Of a DNA stretch of 64,000 nt, positions 12,633-22,775 are shown piece by piece. Below the pieces are notes generated by a model, which was given only the letters and a program-made list of their open reading frames with translations, had not been told where the DNA came from and ran no database searches. The number at the start of each line of letters is the position of its first letter. Within the stretch, counting starts at the first letter, position 1. Position numbers and translations under genes: made by a program. Origin of the DNA: Mustelus asterias (taxonomy: Eukaryota). Location: assembly GCF_964213995.1 (NCBI RefSeq), contig NC_135818.1, forward strand, positions 85,250,001 to 85,314,000. Direction: 5' to 3'.

Positions 12633-13896
12633 GTCTATTGGGACTGGTGAGTAATATAGGGACAGAGAGGGAGAATGGTGTGTTGAGCAGTCATTTCTTT
12701 CACTCCTGTCTCCAACATTTCTGATTGGAGAGGCTATCTGTCCCCCAGTGTTAGACCAGTTAATTCAGCAACTACCAGACCCATAGCCTAGGATCTACTA
12801 CATAATACATTGGGCTGAATTTGCACCTTGAAGATGGGAATTGGGAATTTGACTATTTCCTGACACCATGGAATGTAAAATGGTTTAATGGAGTGTAAAA
12901 TCAGGTGTGTTGTAAAAGCATGGCTGTACAACTCCAAAAAGAAATATTTTAATGTCACTCAAAGATTACTTCTCTGTTTACCTGTCTTTTCTCTGTCGCG
13001 GTGCCCTACACTTGATTTCCTCACCTGGTTTCTCGAGATATTGAAACAAACAGAATATCTACCTCCAGGAAAGACCCCTGTTATCTATTTCCGACTGTTA
13101 GTGGGATCAGTTCCCAAATCTCCACCTTAGCTGACTTGAACGACTTGAAGATATCCAACCTTCTACTTAAATTACAGTTGGTAAGTTCTAGCTCTGTGGA
13201 GTTGCATTATATCACGTTTATAAGCGGTAATGGGACAGTTAGAATTGCTAATAAGAAATCTGTATGAAAGTCAATGTGATAAAAGGGTCCGGAACATATA
13301 GGGTTAACATTGGACTGAATACAGTACCACCTACACAGTTATGTAAGAGAACCCTAACCCCTACTGAGAGGTCAGTCTAGTGTTGGACAGAGCCATGTGT
13401 ACAAGCAAGCAAGGAGACAACTCTTCGGTTGAACCCTTTAGTGTATATAGGAACATTGTTCTAGTTGTTAAAAAATACCTACTGTTAAAATATTTAGGAC
13501 TACAAAGACGTCATTAAGATCTGCCAAATGATAGCCAACACCCTAAGCAATATTTGTCATCTATATTCAATCAGATTGACAAAAAGACATCTATATGCAA
13601 AATCATAATCACATCCCACGTTTGATCTTAAAGAAGCATATTGCACTTTAAGTGTTACCTCTGTTTCTTCCTCCACAGAAGCTGCCAGACATGCTGACAA
13701 TTTCCAGAGCTTTGGGTTTTATGTCATATCTGCTACAGCTGCAACATTGTGCTTTTATTTTTTCTTCAATGCCTTTTTTAACATCATGGATTTATAATCA
13801 TTGACATTCTGGAGTTGCTGTGCCACATTTCATTCAGCTATTGCTCAACACGTGCTCACATTATGAATCTGTTCTGCCATTCACTGGGAACATGAG

Positions 13897-14174
13897 TGTG
13901 GTGAACCATAGATGGTTACCACTATGGGTACTTGTACATATGTTACTCTTGTTACTGTTGGGGTTAGGGTTGGAGTGTTCCACCTGTTGGCATTGTTCTG
14001 TGGTACACTCCGGTTGGCTCCGCCTTCCTATAGGAGTATAAAGGTCACTGCACTTCCTAGTGACCCTTTAGTCTGGGATTGTATTGTTAAGCAGTATGCT
14101 CTATTCTTGTTGCTAATAAAAGCCTTTATTTCCCGGGTACGATCCAGCCTCCCGAGTGAATTAATCGCGCATCA
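13897..14174 (+). mobile_element. Solo LTR related to the 28360-33031 Gypsy element
   Basis: TGTGGTGAACCAT...TCGCGCATCA termini, TATAAA, AATAAA and a perfect 5-bp TSD ATGAG. Confidence 0.92.
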
Positions 14175-14394
14175 ATGAGATAATGGCTGATCTTATCTCA
14201 GCTTCACCCACTTGCCTTAGCCCCATGTCCCTTAATACTATTCGCCAGCAGACCGATCAATTGAAGGATTATTATTAATTGAGTTGGAATCTATTGCTTT
14301 GTGAGGGACAGAGTTCCACATTTCTTCCACCCTTTGTGAAGATGTGTTCTCTATTTCTCACTTTTTGTTATGTCCTAGATTCTCTAGCCAGAAT

Positions 14395-14880
14395 CGCATA
14401 ATCACAGAATACTACAGTGCAGAAGAGGCCCTCTGACCCATTCAGTCTGCACCGACTCATGAAATGCCCTGACCTGCCCACCAAATCCCACTTGCCAGCA
14501 CTTGGCCCATAGCCCTGAGTGTTATGGCGTGCCAAGTACACAATCAGGTACTTTTTAAAGGATGTGAGGCATCCCGCCTCCACCACCCTCCCAGGCAGCA
14601 CATTCCAGACCCTCACCACCCTCTGGGTAAAAATGTTTTTCCTCAACTCTCCCCTAAACCTCCCACCCCTCACTTTTAACTCCCCTAGTAGCTGACCCTT
14701 CAACTAAGGGGAACAGTTGCTCTTTATCCACTCTGTCCATTTCCCTCATAATCCTGAACACCTCAATCAGGTCACCCCTCAGTCTTCTCTGCTCCAATGA
14801 AAACAACCCAAGACTATCCAACCTCTCTTCATAACTTAAATGTTCCATCCCAGGCAGATCCTGATGAATCTCCTTAAAAT
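14395..14880 (-). mobile_element. CR1 LINE 3' fragment nested in an older CR1 remnant (14180-14395)
   Basis: LPGMEHLSYEERL...RRLRGDLIEVF and FTQRVVRVWNVLP; CR1 3' UTR. Confidence 0.9.
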
Positions 14881-15115
14881 CTCTGCCACAGAACATCGCT
14901 CTCCCTAGACGATCGATTTCTTTCAAAATCCTTAAAGCCAGCGTCAAATTTCACCTTTTCTATTCCAGTGAATCTGAGTCTAGTTTTTGTAAATCCTCCT
15001 CAATTTACTTTCTGTCGAAAAAGGGGCATTTTATCAATGTGTGCTGGGAGTCCCAGTGTAAATGGAATCTGCCAGATGGTGCAATGTAGCAGATATGTTT
15101 TCTATTGGAGAAATT

Positions 15116-15485
15116 TGGGCAGCATGGTGGCACAGTGGTTAGCACTGCTGCCTCACAGCACCAGGGACCCGGGTTCAATTCCGGCCTCGGGTGACTGTGT
15201 GGAGTTTCCTCTGGGTTCTGTGGTTTCCTCCCACACTCTGAAGATGTGTGAGTTAGATTGATTGGTCATGCTAAATTGCCCCTTAATGTCAGGGGAATAG
15301 CAGGGTAAATACGTGGAGTTACAGGGATAGGGCTAGGGTCAGATTGTTTTCGGTGTAGGCTTGATGGGCCGAATGGCCTCCTTCTGCACTGTTGGAATTC
15401 TATGATTCTATGGGGGTTGTCACAGTAACTTCATTGCAATGTTAATGCAAGCCTGCTTATGATACTAATAAATAAAATAAATTTA
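15116..15485 (+). mobile_element. HE1/V-type SINE with a CR1-like tail followed by a type-2 tail
   Basis: tRNA head, V core, ttctatga tail at about 15410, then tcacagtaacttcattgcaatgttaatg...aataaataaaa. Confidence 0.85.
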
Positions 15486-16591
15486 AAAAATATGACTCTA
15501 TGAAATATAAACTTGGAATCCCTTGAGATTTGAGGCGTGTGAGGTGGATGGTCTTCTGCACTAAATTCCAACAGTTGATAAATTTTCACCAGTCTGTGTG
15601 CCTGATTTCCCCACCAACCTCACTCCACCTCTTCCGCCCTCCATGAGCTTCTCCAGTGTCTGCACACTGGCAAAAATTAGATGCTGCTCTCCGCCAAGTA
15701 ATTGAGTTCACAATATTCTCCACAGAACCATGTTTTCCCTGTCTTCTTAATGCCACCCAAGTGATGATCCTGGGCTCAATCGGCTGACTATATTGCTCCC
15801 AGTGCCATCTCCTGCTGTACCCACGCCCCTAGCTATGCACGACTTCCTGGTTGGTTGGCACAGTGTTACTGTTGGTGCACCTGGCTTGAACAGGTCATCC
15901 ACTTTGTGTAGCCTAGATATGTGAGGACAGGGAGTGAAAACCTTGCAACAATTTCCTGTCTCACTATTTCTTTGCACGAGATGTCGGAGATGACTGAGTG
16001 ATCTAGTTAAACAAGGAGCTGATTGTTCTATAAGGTATGAGTTTAGTTTATCTCTTCCTCTTCTACTCTCAAGGTGGTGACTATATATGTTAACGTGTCT
16101 AACTGAAAGTGAGAAGGGTCTTGACATGCTCATGTGCTAGATTAATTGAAGCCATTTAATTGCTCTAGCATTGTACATGGACCTGCGGAGTGAGTAAACC
16201 AGTCACTCTTTACACTTAACGCTGACAGCAGCACCAACATTCTGGACCATGTGTTCATCCCATTGCTGAGCATTGTGATCAAGACAATCATTTTCTGCCA
16301 GTCTTGTTTTAGATTTTGTGTGTAACTTCCGTTAATCTATTAAGTTCAGAAACTGAAAATGCTGGAAAAACTCAGCAGGTCTGGCAGCATCTGTGGAGAG
16401 AGAAACTCTGAAGAAGAGACATATGGACTTGAGACCTTGGGAGGAGTTTTCCAGCCTCGCTCGCCCTGAAACCGGAAAATCCTGCCCAAGGTCAACAGAC
16501 CTCTCCCCCTCGCCCGCTCCAATTCCCTTGGCCGGCAGGATGGTAAAATTCATTCTCTTTTCTCTCTCCACAGGTGCTAAATGGGATAGAT

Positions 16592-16738
16592 TTGGCGGCA
16601 CGGTGGCACAGTGGTTAGCACTGCTGCCTCACAGCACCAGGGTCCCGAGTTCTATTCCCGCTTGGGTCACTGTCAGTGCGGAGTCTGCACGTTCTCCCTG
16701 TGCCTACGTGGGTTTCCTCCGGGTGCGCCAGTTTCCTC
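16592..16738 (+). mobile_element. 3'-truncated HE1/V-type SINE
   Basis: tRNA-like head and first half of the core. Confidence 0.85.
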
Positions 16739-17200
16739 GGGTAACCTCCTACAACCCACCCAACTCTGTAACCTCCTCCCGCCCTACATGGGGTGTCATG
16801 GTTTAAACCTTTTTCCACTAAAACACACTGAGCTTTCTAGCTCGTTTTGACCTGTGGATAGAACAGAACAAATTGATGACTCAGTCAAACTGTTGTTACA
16901 ATGAATGGGATTACTTTATTTATATGCGCAATCGCAGGTTGAAAGTTGATTGCTAAATTCTCCCTTAAACTTAACAATAACAAAGAACAAAGAACAAAGA
17001 ACAATACAGCACAGGAACAGGCCCTTCGGCCCTCCAAGCCCGCGCCGCTCCCCGGTCCAGGATTGAATCCTGAATCCAGGATCCCCGCCCAATTTTCCAG
17101 CCTATCTACATACCAATATCCTATCCACCGAGCTGTCCCTCACAGCTACGATGCTTTGTTCATTACAACCTATTGACTCACCCCCACCCCCCCCATTCCA

Positions 17201-17334
17201 GACCATGTGATCTCCAGGGAGAGGCGAAAACCCAGAGTGAAAAACCCCAGGGCCAATATGGGGAAAGAAAATCTGGGAAATTCCTCTCCGACCCCCTGAG
17301 GCGATCGAAACGAGTCTAGGAGATCACAATGGCC
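17201..17334 (+). ncRNA. Putative multi-stem structured RNA in the CR1 3' UTR (written antisense to the element; functional strand unknown)
   Basis: Nested complementary segments TGTGATCTCC/GGAGATCACA, GGAGAGG/CCTCTCC, CCCAGA/TCTGGG and CCCCA/TGGGG, separated by A-rich joiners. Confidence 0.5.
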
Positions 17335-17524
17335 CTGATCGGAAAATGCTTCCCAACCCTAGTCATTTCCACTTCCACGAACACCATATGAATTCCCTGC
17401 CCCCGAGACAGGTTCCCAACTATCCGCAGTCTCGCTCTGTACTGGCACCAGCAAGATGATCATAGAATGAAGCCTTGAAACGAGAAACAAGGAACAATTA
17501 GCCCGCGCCGTTCCCTGGTCCAAA

Positions 17525-20437
17525 CTAGACCACTCTTTTGTATCCCTCCATTCCCACTCCGTTCATATAGCTGTCTAGATAAGTCTTAAACGTTCCCAGT
17601 GTGTCCGCCTCCACCACCTTGCCCGGCAACACATTCCAGGCCTCCACGACCCTCTGTGTGAAATATGTCCTTCTGATATCTGTGTCAAACCTCCCTCCCT
17701 TCACCTTGAACCTATGACCCCTCGTGAACATCACCACCGACCCGGGGAAAAGCTTCCCACCGTTCACCCTATCTATGCCTTTCATAATTTTATACACCTC
17801 TATTAAGTCTCCCCTCATCCTCCGTCTTTCCAAGGAGAACAACCCCAGTTTCCCCAATCTCTCCTCATAACTAAGCCCCTCCATACCAGGCAACATCCTG
17901 GTAAACCTCCTCTGTACTCTCTCCAAAGCCTCCACGTCCTTCTGGTAGTGTGGCGACCAGAACTGGACGCAGTATTCCAAATGCGGCCGAACCAACGTTC
18001 TATACATCTGCAACATCAGACCCCAACTCTTATACTCTATGCCCCGTCCTATAAAGGCAAGCATGCCATATGCCTTCTTCACCACCTTCTCCACCTGGGA
18101 CGTCACCTTCAAAGATCTGTGGACTTGCACACCCAGGTCCCTCTGCGTCTCTACACCCTTTATGGTTCTTCCATTTATCGTGTAGCTCCTCCCTACATTA
18201 TTCCCACCAAAATGCATCACTTCGCATTTATCAGGATTGAACTCCATCTGCCATTTCCTTGCCCAAATTTCCAGCCTATCTATATCCTTCTGTAGCCTCT
18301 GACAATGTTCCTCACTATCTGCAAGTCCTGCCAGTTTTGTGTCATCCGCAAACTTACTGATCACCCCAGTTACTCCTTCTTCCAGATCATTTATATAAAT
18401 CACAAACAGCAGAGGTCCCAATACAGAACCCTGCGGTACACCACTAGTCACAGGCCTCCAGCCGGAAAAAGACCCTTCCACTACCACCCTCTGTCTTCTA
18501 TGACCAAGCCAGTTCTCCACCCATCTAGCCACCTCCCCCTTTATCCCATGGGATCCAACCTTTTTCACTAGCCTACCATGAGGGACTTTGTCAAACGCTT
18601 TACTAAAGTCCATATAGACAACATCCACGGCCCTTCCTTCGTCAACCATTTTGGTCACTTCTTCAAAAAACACCACCAGGTTAGTGAGGCATGACCTCCC
18701 TCTCACAAAACCATGTTGACTATCGTTAATGAGTTTATTCCTTTCTAAATGCGCATACATCCTATCTTTAAGAATCTTCTCCAACAACTTCCCCACCACG
18801 GACGTCAAGCTCACCGGCCTATAATTACCCGGGTTATCCTTCCTACCCTTCTTAAATAACGGGACCACATTGGCTATCCTCCAATCCTCTGGGACCTCAC
18901 CTGTGTCCAGTGACGAGACAAAGATTTGCGTCAGAGGCCCCACGATTTCACCTCTCGTCTCCCTGAGCAGCCTTGGATAGATTCCATCAGGCCCTGGGGA
19001 TTTGTCAGTCTTTATATTCTCTAACAAACCTAACACTTCCTCCTTTGTAATGGAGATTTTCTCCAACGGTTCAACACTCCCCTCCGAGACACTCCCAGTC
19101 AACACATCCCTCTCCTTTGTGAATACCGACGCAAAGTATTCATTTAGGATCTCCCCTACCTCTTTGGGCTCCAAGCATAAGTCCCCACTTTTGTCCCTGA
19201 GAGGTCCGATTTTTTCCCTAACAACCCTTTTGTTCCTAACGTATGAATAAAATGCCTTGGGATTCTCCTTAATCCTGTCTGCCAAGAACATTTCGTGACC
19301 CCTTTTTGCTCTTCTAATTCCCCGTTTGAGTATTTTCCTACTTTCATTGTACTCCTCCAGAGCTCCCTCCGTTTTTAGCTGCTTGGACCTAACATACGCC
19401 TCTCTTTTCTTTTTGACCAGTCCCTCAATTTCCCTGGTTATCCACGGTTCTCGAATCCTACCCTTCCTATCCTTCTTTTTTACTTTTTTACCCTTCCTAT
19501 CCTTCTTTTTTACTTTATCCTTCTTGTCCTGTAGCCCTAACAACCGTTCCTTAAAAGACTGCCACATACCAGATGTGGATTTACCCTCAAACAGCCTCTC
19601 CCAATCAAGAGCTGCCAATTTCTGCCTGATCCCAATAAAGTTAGCCTTCCCCCAATCCAATACCTTACCCTTGGGACACCACTCATCCTTTTCCATCACT
19701 ATCCTAAAGCTAACAGAATTGTGGTCACTATTTGCCACATGTTCCCCAACCAAAACTTTGAAGACCTGACCGGGCTCATTCCCCAGTACCAGGTCCAGTA
19801 TAGCCCCCTCTCTAGTTGGGCTGTCCACATATTGTTCCAACGAACCCTCCTGTACACATTTTACAAATTCCTCCCCATCCAGAGTCCCTGCCCTCAGCGA
19901 TTTCCAGTCTATACCAGGGAAATTGAAGTCTCCCACTACAACAACCCTATATTTCCTGCACCTATCCAGTATCTCCTGACATATCCATTCTTCCACTTCC
20001 CTTGGGCTGTTGGGGGGCCTGTAGTACACCCCCAACATAGTGACTGCGCCTTTCCTGTTTCTAAGCTCCACCCAGAGTGACTCGCTACACGACTCCTCCG
20101 AATTGTCCTCCCTCTGCACCGCTGTAATATGCTCTCCAACCAATACCGCTACTCCCCCACCTCTTTTGGCCCCTCCTCTGTCTCGCCTAAAACACTTGTA
20201 CCCTGGAATATTCAGCTGCCAGTCCTGTCCCTCTTTCAACCAAGTCTCTGTCACCGCAACCACATCCAAATTCCTCGTGCGCATTAAGGCCCCAAGTTCG
20301 TCTGTTTTACCTGCTACGCTCCTTGCATTGAAGTATAAGCACTCCAGACCCCCAGGCTCAGTGAGGTCGTCCTCCCCCAAAGTGCTCTTCTTCTTTGCCA
20401 GCCTTGTCCCAGCCCCAAGCTCGTCCCCAGCCACCAC
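17525..20437 (-). CDS. CR1 ORF2: apurinic-type endonuclease plus reverse transcriptase (970 aa from GTG; no upstream AUG)
   Basis: Endonuclease motifs YFNARS, VTETW, GDFN, SDH; RT motifs NYRPVSL, DFSKAFD, GVPQGSVLGP, FADD; no stops. Confidence 0.95.
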   Translation of the reverse strand: MVAGDELGAGTRLAKKKSTLGEDDLTEPGGLECLYFNARSVAGKTDELGALMRTRNLDVVAVTETWLKEGQDWQLNIPGYKCFRRDRGGAKRGGGVAVLVGEHITAVQREDNSEESCSESLWVELRNRKGAVTMLGVYYRPPNSPREVEEWICQEILDRCRKYRVVVVGDFNFPGIDWKSLRAGTLDGEEFVKCVQEGSLEQYVDSPTREGAILDLVLGNEPGQVFKVLVGEHVANSDHNSVSFRIVMEKDEWCPKGKVLDWGKANFIGIRQKLAALDWERLFEGKSTSGMWQSFKERLLGLQDKKDKVKKKDRKGKKVKKKDRKGRIREPWITREIEGLVKKKREAYVRSKQLKTEGALEEYNESRKILKRGIRRAKRGHEMFLADRIKENPKAFYSYVRNKRVVREKIGPLRDKSGDLCLEPKEVGEILNEYFASVFTKERDVLTGSVSEGSVEPLEKISITKEEVLGLLENIKTDKSPGPDGIYPRLLRETRGEIVGPLTQIFVSSLDTGEVPEDWRIANVVPLFKKGRKDNPGNYRPVSLTSVVGKLLEKILKDRMYAHLERNKLINDSQHGFVRGRSCLTNLVVFFEEVTKMVDEGRAVDVVYMDFSKAFDKVPHGRLVKKVGSHGIKGEVARWVENWLGHRRQRVVVEGSFSGWRPVTSGVPQGSVLGPLLFVIYINDLEEGVTGVISKFADDTKLAGLADSEEHCQRLQKDIDRLEIWARKWQMEFNPDKCEVMHFGGNNVGRSYTINGRTIKGVETQRDLGVQVHRSLKVTSQVEKVVKKAYGMLAFIGRGIEYKSWGLMLQMYRTLVRPHLEYCVQFWSPHYQKDVEALERVQRRFTRMLPGMEGLSYEERLGKLGLFSLERRRMRGDLIEVYKIMKGIDRVNGGKLFPGSVVMFTRGHRFKVKGGRFDTDIRRTYFTQRVVEAWNVLPGKVVEADTLGTFKTYLDSYMNGVGMEGYKRVV

Positions 20438-20472
20438 ACTTATAGACCTTTGATCCCCACCCCCCTGCCATA

Positions 20473-21489
20473 CTAGTTTAAACCCCCCCGAACTGCATTA
20501 GTAAAGCTCCCAGCCAGGATATTTGTGCCCTTCCAACTTAGTTGTGACCCCTCCCTCTTGTACAGGTGCCATCCTCTCCTGAAAACCTCCCATTGGTCTA
20601 TGAAAATAAAGCCCTCCCTCCTGGACCAGTCCTTTAGCCAGGCATTCATTTGAACCAACTCCCTATTCTTAGCCTCACTGGCACGAGGCATTGGGAGCAG
20701 CCCAGAGATGGCCACCCTAGTGACCCTACTTTTTAACCTATTTCCCAACTCCCTGAATTGCTCTCTTAGGACCCCCCTACTCTTCCTATCTACGTCATTT
20801 CCACCAATGTGTATAATGACATCCGTTTCTTTATCTTCCCCTTTTAATATGCCTCCTATCCGCTCGGAGACATCCGTGACCCCAGCACCAGGTAGGCAGA
20901 CTACCATCCTGGAGTCCCGTTCGCCCCCACAGAATCGCCTGTCTGTGCCTCTAACTGACGCATCCCCCACCACTATCGCTCTCCTAACCCCTCTCTTCCC
21001 TTTCCGGGCCACAGAGCCTGACTGTGTGCCAGTGACCTGGTCACTGTGTCTTACCCCTGGAGAGGCACACTCCTCCACACTATCTAAAACAATGTACCTG
21101 TTTTGGAGTGGGACAACCACAGGTGACCCCTCTTCTAACTGTCCACTCCCCTCCCCTCTCACACCTGTCACCAAGCCCTTCCTATTTTGAGACACCTCTG
21201 GAGTCCTCCCTTGTACTTTACCCTTCTGCCCTTTACTCCTCCTAACTGTGACCCACGTGTCATTCTCCCGATGCCCCGGTGTAACTAGTTGCCTATAACT
21301 GCTGTCAATTTTTCTCCCATTTTCCCTGACTAGGCTAAGGTCAGCGATCTGCAGCTCCAGTTCCCTAACACGGTCCCTCAAGAGCTGCAGTTCCACGCAC
21401 CTGGCACATATGTGAACCTCTGGGAAGCTAGGTGTTTGCAGGAACTCCCACATCCCACATCGGAAGCACTGAACTGGCCGATCACTCAT
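20473..21489 (-). CDS. CR1 ORF1: zinc finger/leucine zipper plus SGNH esterase-like domain (338 aa)
   Basis: CFRC...CARC, LRDRVRELELQIADL, VVGDASVRG, CLPGA, HIGGND. Confidence 0.92.
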   Translation of the reverse strand: MSDRPVQCFRCGMWEFLQTPSFPEVHICARCVELQLLRDRVRELELQIADLSLVRENGRKIDSSYRQLVTPGHRENDTWVTVRRSKGQKGKVQGRTPEVSQNRKGLVTGVRGEGSGQLEEGSPVVVPLQNRYIVLDSVEECASPGVRHSDQVTGTQSGSVARKGKRGVRRAIVVGDASVRGTDRRFCGGERDSRMVVCLPGAGVTDVSERIGGILKGEDKETDVIIHIGGNDVDRKSRGVLREQFRELGNRLKSRVTRVAISGLLPMPRASEAKNRELVQMNAWLKDWSRREGFIFIDQWEVFRRGWHLYKREGSQLSWKGTNILAGSFTNAVRGGLN

Positions 21490-21789
21490 ACCTGCCCTTA
21501 TCCTTTATAGGGTTAGGTAAAAAATAACTAGCCCTGCCTTGCCCTTTCTGCCCAAGCCCTGTGAGCCAAAGCCCTTATAGTGCACACTCTGCTACCCACT
21601 CACTCCACTGCCCGCTCCCGACGCTGCCCGCTGTATAGTGCAGACGGCTTTTTATGCTCCCGGCAAACCCCCCAAGTAACTGCCTTTTATACTAAGACTC
21701 AACCTCCCAGAATCCCCTTCAATGTTTTGACAGAGTCATCAATTTGTTCTGTTCTATCCACAGGTCAAAACAAGCTATAAAGCTCAGTC

Positions 21790-21943
21790 TGTGGGAGGAA
21801 ACCGGAGCACCTGGAGGAAACCCACGCAGACACGGGGAGAACGTGCAGACTCCACACAGACAGTGACCCAAGCCAGGAATTGAACCCGGGTCCCTGGCGC
21901 TGTGAGGCAGCAGTGCTAACCACTGTGCTACTGTGCCTCCCCA
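21790..21943 (-). mobile_element. 3'-truncated HE1/V-type SINE
   Basis: Reverse complement of the tRNA head and first half of the core. Confidence 0.88.
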
Positions 21944-22265
21944 TGGAATGGAAATGGAAAATGGAAATGAATGGAAATATAAAGCTACTTTGTTATGCTA
22001 CTTGCAGCAAATCAACTATTCCAAAATGTCTAGCTCAACTATGTGAGCAGTAATTAGTCACCGTGCACAGCCCCTGTTGATTGTGGATCTCCTTGTGACA
22101 CATTGTCAGGATTGCTCCTGATCACTTCAGGAAAGCTCCAATCTCTTACACTCCTTTTTGCAGCTAGACCTGAATTGACGCATTCACAGGACCACACTGC
22201 TCTATGAACTTTCACCTTAAATCACATTGTCCAATGCTCTTTGTTAAAACTGCTGGGAGGCAAAA

Positions 22266-22362
22266 ACCTGAAGAAGGGGCTTGGAGCTCTGAAAGCTTGT
22301 GTGGCTTTTGCTACCAAATAAACCTGTTGGACTTTAACCTGGTGTTGTTAAACTTCTTACTG
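22266..22362 (+). mobile_element. Penelope-like pLTR fragment with a degenerate hammerhead core
   Basis: ctgaagaaggggc...gctctgaaagct...ccaaataaacctgttggactttaacctggtgttg, homologous to 27749-27840. Confidence 0.65.
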
Positions 22363-22582
22363 GGCAAAAACAGTGCAGACCAGTATTCTTATTTCCCAAT
22401 ACTTTTGTTTTAAAGTATACAAGACCAGTTCAGATCAGTATTCTCATTCCCCCAGTTTCCGTCTGGCACCCAACCTAAAATGTTCAGTTTTTCTTTAATT
22501 GTCTTTCAATGTCCGTGGTGTGAAGGATAGAACTTCAGTCCCGAGTTGATCAATTCTGCTGGTAAATGCTGCGGAGGGAAAC

Positions 22583-22775
22583 CAGGTGCTCCGGTTTCCT
22601 CCCACAGTCCAACAATGTGCAGGTTAGGTGGATTAGCCATGCTAAATTGCCCCTTAGTATCCTAGGATGTGTAGGTTAGGTGGATTAGCCGTGGTAAATG
22701 CACGAGGTTACGGCAATAGGGCGGAGGGGAGGATCTGTGTGGGATGTTCTTTTTCATTGTGGGATTCTATGACTC
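22583..22775 (+). mobile_element. 5'-truncated HE1/V-type SINE with an internal duplication
   Basis: ggtttcctcccacagtcc...ggttaggtggattagcc twice...gggattctatga. Confidence 0.8.

Larger units (their letters stand above)
16973..21715 (-). mobile_element. Full-length CR1-clade LINE with intact ORF1 and ORF2
   Basis: 5' UTR, ORF1, ORF2, a long 3' UTR and a (TTCTTTG)n tail. Confidence 0.95.
16827..21788. repeat. 63-bp inverted repeat pair (16827-16889 and 21726-21788) enclosing the full-length CR1
   Basis: Reverse complement matches at 60 of 63 positions by direct comparison. Confidence 0.92.

Noticed and set aside
15116-15190. tRNA genes at SINE heads (here and other copies)
   Set aside because: A and B boxes are present, but they run into SINE core and tail with no complete cloverleaf.
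17290-17320. CTGAGGCGATCGAAAC as a hammerhead core
   Set aside because: It lacks CUGAnGA and a proper stem II; treated as part of the larger unexplained structure.
17948-21190. Plus-strand ORFs opposite CR1 ORF1 and ORF2
   Set aside because: Antisense shadows of the coding frames with no independent motifs.
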